Below are positions 9,366-16,795 of a DNA stretch of 64,000 nucleotides, piece after piece. The notes under the pieces are model-generated. The model worked only from the letters and a program-made list of their open reading frames with translations, did no database searches and was not told the DNA's origin. Every line of letters starts with the position of its first letter. The stretch's first letter is position 1. The stretch spans positions 1,827,889 to 1,891,888 of the forward strand of contig CAVPVV010000003.1 in assembly GCA_963709325.1 (NCBI GenBank). The letters run 5' to 3'. The stretch comes from an uncultured Acidobacteriota bacterium. Lineage in GTDB: Bacteria; Acidobacteriota; Vicinamibacteria; Vicinamibacterales; UBA2999. Both the position numbers and the translations under genes were made by a program.

Positions 9366-12300
9366 TTAGAAGATGTGCCCTAACCCGAAGTAGAAGCGCC
9401 CGCTCCCCAGTTGGTTCGGTTGGCGCCCGGAGTTGGGGATGGTCGAGCCGGGGATGCCGAAATCAAGCCGCAGGAGGCCGATCGGCGAGCTCAGGCGCAG
9501 GCCGGCGCCGTAACCGAACTTCAGCTCGCCCCAGGAGAACGGGTAGGTTGGCCCGAACGTGTTTCCGATGTCGACAAACCCGACGCCGCGAACCCAGCCT
9601 CTCACCGGGAACCGCACTTCCTGGTTGAGGACGAGGAGCGACGTGCCTCCGGCGATGATCCCGCCGGGCGACCGCGGGCCCAGCGAGTTCTCCCCGTAAC
9701 CGCGGACCGAGGTCCCGCCGCCCGCCTCGAAGAGATCGACATCGGGCAGGCCAGTGAAATCGCCGCCGATGAAACGCCCGGCGAGAACAACCGGGCCGAG
9801 GGTCCGGAATGCGAACTGCTGGAGCAGGACGCGGCCGTAGTTCGAGTCGCCGCCCAGCCAACTCGCGGCGCGTTCGTAGGAGACCGAGGTGAACGTGCCC
9901 GAGGTCGGGCTCACCGGATCGGCGCGCCGATCCCAGAGCAGCGCCGTCCGCAGCTTGCCCACGTTGGTGACGAGATCGAGCGGGAACGGATCGAACGGAT
10001 CCGGTTCCGGATCGAAGTCGTGCAGGTGCTCGTAGCGGTAGCCGTAGGTGAGCTCGAGACCTCGCCGCCGCCGGTAGCGCTGCTCGAAGGTCAGGACCTG
10101 CTTGTCCTCCTTGTACAGCAGCAGCTGGTCCAGGCGGACGTTCTCGCTCGAGTTCGAGAAGAACACACCGGAGCGGAGGGGCAGCCCGAAGAAGCTGGCA
10201 GTCTGCAGGAACGCCTGCGACCGCTGCAGGTCACGAGCGAAGAGTCCGGCGGCGCCGCCGGTGATCGCCCGCCCGAACAAGTTCTGGTTGCGAATCTCGG
10301 CGATGCCGCCGAGGGTGATGTCGGTTGTATCGCTCGCGCCGCCGTCGCCGTGCTCGCGATCCGCCTGCAGCCCGTAGCGGAAGCGCCACGGCGGATACTC
10401 CTCCACCGAAACCCGCGCCTGCACCTGCTGGACGCCGTCGACCGGATCGCCGAGCGGCACCGGCTGGATGTCCACCGAACGGAACACGTTGGTGTCGTAC
10501 AGCCGCTTGCGGGCCAGCGACCACTCCTCGAGGTTGACCGGCTGGCCGATCCGCAGGTGCAGCGCCCGGCGGACAACGCCCTGGCGTGTCCGGGTCGCGC
10601 CGACGGTCTGCACGTCCTGCAACACCTGCTGCAGCCCTTCCGTCACCGTGATGCTGACGCCCACTTGTCCTGCGTCGTTTGCCGTTGCCGCGGTCGCGCC
10701 GACCTGAACGCTGTTGTAGCCGAGACGTCGATAGAAACGATCGACGCGGTCGCGTGCCGCCTCGACCAGCGACAGGGTGTAAGGCCCGCCCTGCGCGATC
10801 CCTGCAGCGCGCTCGGCCGCGGTTCGATGGCCGTCCGACACGCCGGACCACTGGATCTCGCCAATCGTCGAGCGGGTGCCTTCGTCGATCCTGATCGGCA
10901 GCACCGCCCGCCCGTTTTCGACGATTGGGGCATCGACCGTCACCTGCGCGTTCAGGAAGCCCTGCTGCCGATAGAAGGCCCGCAAGCTACCGGCCAGCGC
11001 TTCGTGGTCCATCCAGCCGTAATCGGACATGTTCCACTGCACGATCATCGTGTCGAGCTCGTTGCGGCTGACACCAGAGTTACCGATGAAGCGGAGCTCA
11101 CGACCGCCGAGCGCCGCGCCCGGCACAACCGTCAGATGCAGCGTCTTGAACTCGCTGCTCGACTCCATCGTCCCGTTCACGCTGGCGCTGACGAACCCCT
11201 GGGACAGCAGCTCGCCCTGGACGCGCGCTTCGGCGTCCTGGACAATGAAGCGGTCGAACACGCCGCGCGCCCACGACTGCTCGATCTCCTTGATGACGGT
11301 GTCGCGGACCGCGAAGCCATCGATGACGACTCGCGTCGCGGGACCGGGCGAGACGGTGTACACGACGTTGATGGCGCCCTCGCCGGCCTGATCGCGGCGA
11401 CCGCGAACCCGAGCCTCCACGTGGCCGCCCTCGACGTAGCGCTTGGTCAGTCCGTCGAGGTCCTGCTGCCATTTGTAGTAGTCGAATGGCTCGCCGGGCT
11501 TGAGCTTCAAATCCTTGCGGACCTGCTCGGCCGTGAACGGCGCATACGATCCCTCGAGCAACACCTCTTTCACGTTCAGGACCACGCGCTCGGCAGCGAC
11601 CCTCCGGGCCGCATTCCCTCCGAAGGTGATCTGGTGCCGAACGCCGAGTCCCTGCGTGCCGTCGTCGCGCGAGATGCCGCGAATCTCGAGATTGGTGAGC
11701 GGATAGTAGCTCACGAGGATCGTGGTCTTGCCGCTCTCGGCCAGGTTCTGAGACAGCGTGAACTCGACTTGCTCGCTGAGGCGCTTGGAAAGCGTGAGCC
11801 GCGTCACCGGGTCCTGGTCCTGCAGGAGGGCGCCGGGGTCCTCGCGGAACTCGTCGGTGACGACGTCGCCGCGATCGATGCGCAGCGCGTCGAGGCCGAT
11901 CTGCCGGCCGGTCGCGCCGAGTAGATCTGACGAGAGCAGGGTGAGCGCGTTGGCACCGGTGGCGCTGCCGCCGAGCAGCGCCATCGCGATTTCCTCCTGC
12001 GAGACCTCCGGCCGATCCGGCGCCGTCAGGTCGAACTCGAACCGATCCGGCGTGCCGCTCACCGAGAGCGTCACGGTACCGATGTTGCCGACGCGCGTCT
12101 CGGCCTGGATGTTGAGATCCGGCTGGATCTTCGTGAGATCGGTGAACGAAATATTGCCGGCGGTGAGGGTGAACGTACGGCCGGCCGCGTAGATACGGCC
12201 GCCCTCCTGAAGCGTGGCCTGGCCCGACATGCCCGGACGAGCCGCGGTTCCCACAATCCGCACCTGGGCGGCACCCTCGAAGCGGCCGTAGTTGTTGTCG

Positions 12301-13586
12301 ACGCGGACGTCTTCCACCGTCGTGACCGTGACGTTCAGCCGCAGGTTCTCGAGCGCCGACGGCTCGGCGGCGGCGCCGCGAACCGTGGTCCCGGCGTTGG
12401 CCCTGGCCAGAGCCGCCAGGCTGATCGGCGAGGTGTAAGAACTCCGCTGCACCCGGACGTCGCCGCGGAGAATCGGCGGCGTCTCGCCCACGTCGTAGGT
12501 GAGCAGCGCGTCGATCTCGCTGCGAAGCCCGCGCGGGTACTCCACCGCCATCCCGAGCACCTGGACGTAGACCTCGCCGTCGACGATCTCGGTGCCGTGC
12601 AGGACGAAGCCGCCGTCGATCGTCAGGTTCCCGCCGTTTGCCGATCCGCTCAGGCCACGCAGCTCGATGCGGTTTGCCGAGAGCGCGATCGGGCCAGACA
12701 GGTCCGACAGGACAATGCGCGGTGAGGTCAGGGCCACCTCGGCGTCGGCCAGCGTCACCGTGCCGGACAGATCCGGGTTGCTGGTCGTGCCGCCAACCCG
12801 CAGGTTGACGTCGGCGGTGCCATCGACACCGAGGCTGGGCACGAATGCCGACAGCACGCGCAGCACGGCCACGCCTTCGACCGTGAGGTTGAGCGCGGGA
12901 GGGCCGGAAGACACGTCCACCGATCCGCCGAGCGCCAGCTCGCTCCCCACCGCCTCCCACACCACGTCGTCCATGGTGATGAGCCCGCTGTTGACGGAAA
13001 TGGTTGTCGGTCGCGTCTGCTTCACCTCGACGCCGGCCGAATCGAAGGTCGCCGAGTCCAGCTCGAAGCGGCCGACCGCGCGCATCGGGTCGAGCTCCGG
13101 GATCTTCGCGTCGCCCTTGCCGGTGAACGTCCCTCCAGCCTTGGCGGCATCGACGCGGCCGCTGATCGAATGGAGCGTCAGCGACTCCCCCCTCACGCCG
13201 GCGCTGGCGTTGAGATTCGTGAAGGCCACGCTGCTGCCGGCTTCGACGTAGCCGTTGGTGATGTCGAACGAGGCGATGAGGTCCTCACGCCGGTTGGTGC
13301 CGTAGAGCGTCGCCTCGAGCCATCCGCGCGTGGTGACGTTGGCTTGGAGCCCGAACGCGCGCGCCGCGGTGACGACGTCCGAGACTTCGCCGTGGAAGTA
13401 GCCCGAGAACACGGTGTTGTCACGGCCGGCCCAGGTGCCCTCGGCGTTGAGCGTGCCGCTGCCGATTGTCGCGGTGAGATCCTTCACGGTGACCTCGCCG
13501 GGTTGCCATGACACCGATGCCGGCGAGCTCAAGTTGACGGGCACACCGGCCAGCTCTGTCTGCACCTGATGCAGATTGGCGAGCAC
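9366..13586 (-). CDS. TamB-like C-terminal (DUF490) region fused in frame to a POTRA + Omp85 (BamA/TamA-like) beta-barrel
   Basis: Residues 1-657 are TamB/DUF490-like and end ...LEIRGISRDDGTQGLGVRHQITFGG (last Gly codon 11616-11618). After 10 linker residues come POTRA-like repeats and a barrel with GGGTSVRGYGENSLGP, ending ...GRFYFGLGHIF. There is no stop and no signal peptide at the junction. Confidence 0.85.
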   Translation of the reverse strand: MLANLHQVQTELAGVPVNLSSPASVSWQPGEVTVKDLTATIGSGTLNAEGTWAGRDNTVFSGYFHGEVSDVVTAARAFGLQANVTTRGWLEATLYGTNRREDLIASFDITNGYVEAGSSVAFTNLNASAGVRGESLTLHSISGRVDAAKAGGTFTGKGDAKIPELDPMRAVGRFELDSATFDSAGVEVKQTRPTTISVNSGLITMDDVVWEAVGSELALGGSVDVSSGPPALNLTVEGVAVLRVLSAFVPSLGVDGTADVNLRVGGTTSNPDLSGTVTLADAEVALTSPRIVLSDLSGPIALSANRIELRGLSGSANGGNLTIDGGFVLHGTEIVDGEVYVQVLGMAVEYPRGLRSEIDALLTYDVGETPPILRGDVRVQRSSYTSPISLAALARANAGTTVRGAAAEPSALENLRLNVTVTTVEDVRVDNNYGRFEGAAQVRIVGTAARPGMSGQATLQEGGRIYAAGRTFTLTAGNISFTDLTKIQPDLNIQAETRVGNIGTVTLSVSGTPDRFEFDLTAPDRPEVSQEEIAMALLGGSATGANALTLLSSDLLGATGRQIGLDALRIDRGDVVTDEFREDPGALLQDQDPVTRLTLSKRLSEQVEFTLSQNLAESGKTTILVSYYPLTNLEIRGISRDDGTQGLGVRHQITFGGNAARRVAAERVVLNVKEVLLEGSYAPFTAEQVRKDLKLKPGEPFDYYKWQQDLDGLTKRYVEGGHVEARVRGRRDQAGEGAINVVYTVSPGPATRVVIDGFAVRDTVIKEIEQSWARGVFDRFIVQDAEARVQGELLSQGFVSASVNGTMESSSEFKTLHLTVVPGAALGGRELRFIGNSGVSRNELDTMIVQWNMSDYGWMDHEALAGSLRAFYRQQGFLNAQVTVDAPIVENGRAVLPIRIDEGTRSTIGEIQWSGVSDGHRTAAERAAGIAQGGPYTLSLVEAARDRVDRFYRRLGYNSVQVGATAATANDAGQVGVSITVTEGLQQVLQDVQTVGATRTRQGVVRRALHLRIGQPVNLEEWSLARKRLYDTNVFRSVDIQPVPLGDPVDGVQQVQARVSVEEYPPWRFRYGLQADREHGDGGASDTTDITLGGIAEIRNQNLFGRAITGGAAGLFARDLQRSQAFLQTASFFGLPLRSGVFFSNSSENVRLDQLLLYKEDKQVLTFEQRYRRRRGLELTYGYRYEHLHDFDPEPDPFDPFPLDLVTNVGKLRTALLWDRRADPVSPTSGTFTSVSYERAASWLGGDSNYGRVLLQQFAFRTLGPVVLAGRFIGGDFTGLPDVDLFEAGGGTSVRGYGENSLGPRSPGGIIAGGTSLLVLNQEVRFPVRGWVRGVGFVDIGNTFGPTYPFSWGELKFGYGAGLRLSSPIGLLRLDFGIPGSTIPNSGRQPNQLGSGRFYFGLGHIF

Positions 13587-15990
13587 AGTGGGGGGGGCTT
13601 TGCCCTGGATCGCACCGTTCAGCGGCGGCGTCGAGGCTGACTTGTCCAGAGATCTGGGTCGGGAGCGCGTTCAGAAGCGGCGCGATCCGCGTCAGGTCGA
13701 GCCGGTCGACGACCGCGGCGGCCCGGTAATCGTAGGGAGCGGCGGTCGCAATGGTGCCGTTCGCGGAAATCCCGAGCGCGGCGGTCTGCAGGCTGAACCT
13801 CGCGATTTGCCCAAGCAGTTCCACGTTCAGCTTGCCGCCGCCGGTGATCTCGGGCGCGTCGCCCTGCCAGAGATTGAACGTGAACGCGCCGTTCCCCATC
13901 GGCTTGTCGAAGGTGCCGGTGCCGGCAAAGCTGCCTTCGAGCGACACGCGCGTCTCGTCGTCGTCAATCACGGTCCTGCGCCAGGCCAGGTTGGCAGCGT
14001 CGAGACGCGCGTCGTACGAGCGGTCCAGGCCGAAACGGCCGCTGACCGTCACCTGCCCCTCGTCCTTGTGCAGCACGAGTTGCGGGACGAACAGGGCACG
14101 CTCCTTGAAGGTGACCGTTCCTTCCAGCCCCGTGTAGGCATCGCCGGCGAACTCGAGCGCCGGGCTCGACACCGTCGTGGTGATCACGGGATCGCTCAGC
14201 GTCCCTTCGAGCCTGGCGTGAGCATCCAGCGTGCCCTCCGCCTGCCACTGCTCGGGCACCTGGGTCTGGAGCACTCGAATGTCGGGGACGGTCGCATCCA
14301 GAGCTCCGCCAAGCGTGCGGTGTGTGAGGTCGATGGAAACGTGCCCCTCTGCGCCGGTGCCCTCGCGGTGCACCGACAGCGGCGACACCTCGATGGCGGC
14401 ACGGCTCGCTTCGACGGTGGCATCGACAGAAGAAATCCCGACGCCTGGCACGTCGAACGCGGGCGCATGCGCCACGACGGTGGCTCGCGGGTCGGCGAAG
14501 GTGCCATCGAGCACCGCCTCGGCGTCAATCGCACCCGAGGAGTCGCGGACTGCGTCCGGGATGCGGATGCCGAACGGCGCGAGCGCGGTGTCGGCCGCGG
14601 CCAGGCTGGCGATTGTGACCGTCGCCGGCCCGCGCACGGTCGATCGCGATGCGGTCTCGGCGTTGAGTTGTCCTTCGGCCTTGCCGTTCACGGTGATTCC
14701 GCTGGATCGAAGGTTGTGCACCAGCGTCCACGCGGCACCGCTGATCGCCGCCGTGACTGTGCCGGCCAGCGGCGTGGCGCCGCGTTCCACGATCGGCGCG
14801 AGATCGGTCTTGACCGACAGCGACCGGCGCGGACCGGTCGCGAATCGGCCGTCGCCATCGAGCCGGGCGCCAATCGGCTGAACGGCGAGGTTGGCGGACC
14901 GCATCATCGCGCGCGCATCGACGCCGCGCCACGTCGCCGTCACGGTGACCGGCGCGTCGCCGAACGGGACGTCGACCGCGGCGTTCACCTCGCCGCCGCT
15001 CTTCGGCGAGGCGATGACCCGGTTCACGAGCAGCCGGGAGCGATCCAGCATCAGCTCACCGCTGGCGGTCAGCTGTTCCTCGGTCCCGACGGTGAGGGCC
15101 GGCGCGTCGAAGCGGGTGACGATCTCGATCGCGTTGAGCGCCCCGTTGATGGTCCCGCGAACGTGCGTGGTGCCCGCCACCGGAATCGGCGGCGGCGCCC
15201 AGGTGGCGGCGCGGGCCACGTCCACCTGCCCGTCGAACCCGAGCTCGAGTGACATTGCGTCGAGCACGCGATTGAGGCGGCCCGACAGGTTGAGGCTGCC
15301 CATGCCCGTAACCACTGGCATGTCCTCGAGCGCGACGTTCCGGCCGTCGAAGGCGACCCGCGTCTCGAGCGGCTCGACCCGCAGCGTTCGATCCCGCCAC
15401 TGCACGTCGATGCCGCCGCGGACCGCAAACGGACCCGTGGCGCCGGTGAGCTCGCCAACGAGGCCGCGGGCGAGCGCCGAGTCGATGCCGCTGGCGACAA
15501 TGCGGAGCGGCATCGAACGGTCGTCGTACAGAAACGCGAAGTCGGTGAGATGCAGGCCGCGCAGCGCCAGCGATCGCGGCGGTTCAGGCGGCGGCCCGCC
15601 GCTGCCGCCGGGAAGGTTGCTATCGCCGGCTTCGTCGATCGCGATCGTGAAGCGCCCGCCCTCCACCGCCACGTCGTCAAGGACAAGGCGGCCGGTGTAG
15701 GTCTCGAGCGGCACGTTGACGTGAACGCGCGCGGCGGTGAAGAAGGGGCGATCGGCGTCGTCGCGTGCCGCGAGGCGGACATTGATGAGCGTGACGCCGC
15801 CGGACAGCAGATTGTAGGTCAGGTTGTCGGCGGAAAGGGTCAGGCTGAAACGCGATTCGAGCGTGCTGATCACCCAGGCAAGAGCCCGGGCGCGCACCGG
15901 CGGCGTATGCAGGATCGCGACGAGCAGCACCACCAGGGTCGCCACGGCGGCGGCCCCGATGGCCAGTCCCCGTCGGAGGCGTGACCCCAT
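13587..15990 (-). CDS. TamB/AsmA-like protein, N-terminal membrane-anchored part. It is the same gene as 9366..13586, split by a frame change at a G8/C8 tract.
   Basis: MGSRLRRGLAIGAAAVATLVVLLVAILHTPP is the anchor, followed by long beta-rich repeats. Track ORF 13420..15990 loses sense after ...QISGQVSLDAAAE.., exactly where the frame of 9366..13586 becomes meaningful (..TVLANLHQVQTELAGVPVNL). Confidence 0.8.
13590..13597. repeat. G8 (coding-strand C8) homopolymer at the TamB frame junction
   Basis: gagcacagtg gggggggctt. Removing one base joins ...DPGQSPP to TVLANLHQVQ... in one frame. Confidence 0.8.
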
Positions 15991-16084
15991 TTATGAATTC
16001 TACCGGGCACCCGGATGGTTCCGGCCTCGGCCATTCCCGTTCGAACGCCTCCTCTGCTAGCATCCGCAGGTGGAGGATCTGTTC

Positions 16085-16630
16085 ATGCGTGTGAAAGCTC
16101 TGCTCAACGTGGGGCTCGCGGCGGTCCTTGGCGTGCTGTCCAGCGCAACTGGACGAGCCCAGGCTCCTGCAGTCGAGCTCAAGGTGGGAGACGCCGCTCC
16201 GGCGTTCTCGCTGCCGGCGTCGGATGGCAAGACCCACAGCCTTGCCGATTCCAGAGGCAAGACCGTCATCCTGGCCTGGTTCCCCAAGGCCTTCACTGGT
16301 GGTTGAACCGCCGAGTGCAAGTCGCTCCGTGAGAGCGGCGCCCTGATTCGGCAGTACAACGTCGACTACTACATGGTGAGCGTGGACACGCTCGAGGACA
16401 ACACCAAGTTCGCGCAGACCCACGAAGCCGACTACCCGATCATGAGCGATGTCACCAAGGCCGTCGCCAAAGCCTACGGCGTTCTCGGCCCCGGCGACCT
16501 CGCCCGGCGCTGGACGTTCTACATCGGTCCTGACGGCAAGATCCTCCACATCGATAGAGCCGTCTCGCCCTCGACTTCGGGCCCGGACATGGTGAAGCAG
16601 CTCGGAGAGCTGAACGTCCCGAAGAAGTAG
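16085..16630 (+). CDS. Exported peroxiredoxin (Bcp/AhpC-TSA family), candidate selenoprotein with in-frame UGA at 16304-16306
   Basis: Track ORFs 16070..16306 and 16373..16630 are in the same frame with no other stop between them. Read-through gives ...GKTVILAWFPKAFTGG[TGA]TAECKSLRESG..., which places TGA where the family has the peroxidatic Cys (FPKxFTxGCT). GGAGG lies 8 nt before the ATG at 16085. The signal peptide is MRVKALLNVGLAAVLGVLSSATGRAQA. Confidence 0.75.
16321..16339 (+). promoter_or_regulatory. Candidate bacterial SECIS hairpin
   Basis: GUCGCUC-CGUGA-GAGCGGC forms 7 bp including one G-U pair. The loop contains G and U, and the stem starts 14 nt after the UGA. Confidence 0.4.
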
Positions 16631-16632
16631 CC

Positions 16633-16780
16633 GGGAAACACGAAGGGCACGAAGTTCACGAAGAAGTGCAGGGCATGGACGAGGCAGACAGCTGCTTCGC
16701 CCTTGCCCTTGTTGCTCTCTGTCGGGACCGCAGTATTCCCTTCGTGCTCTCCGTGTCCTTCGTGCCCTTCGTGTTGTCCC
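16633..16780. repeat. Long imperfect inverted repeat built from CACGAAG / CTTCGTG units
   Basis: AACACGAAGGGCACGAAG (16637-16654) is the perfect reverse complement of 16758-16775. Further CACGAAG / CTTCGTG copies lie inside the arms. It spans the prx-to-hydrolase spacer. Confidence 0.85.
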
Positions 16781-16795
16781 TGACGCGTTCTTGAC

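Noticed and set aside
11560-11640. Internal translation start for an independent Omp85 protein (GGAGGG motifs and in-frame GTG codons near the TamB/POTRA junction).
   Set aside because: The ATG after the first GGAGGG is out of frame and stops after 12 codons. The in-frame GTGs are 14 nt or more from the second GGAGGG. Either GTG would yield a barrel protein with no signal peptide, which could not be exported.
9411-15252. Very long plus-strand ORFs (9411..11924 at 837 aa; 13576..15252 at 558 aa). Similar antisense ORFs occur elsewhere, for example 15677..18682, 44043..45683 and 51110..53077.
   Set aside because: Their products are Arg/Ala/Gly/Pro-rich and have no recognisable motifs. They lie antisense to genes with clear homology. 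This is the usual shadow-ORF effect in high-GC DNA.
16070-16084. GTG at 16070 as the peroxiredoxin start (as in the ORF track).
   Set aside because: The ATG at 16085 has a GGAGG at proper spacing and begins a canonical signal peptide. The five extra residues (MEDLF) overlap the ribosome-binding site.
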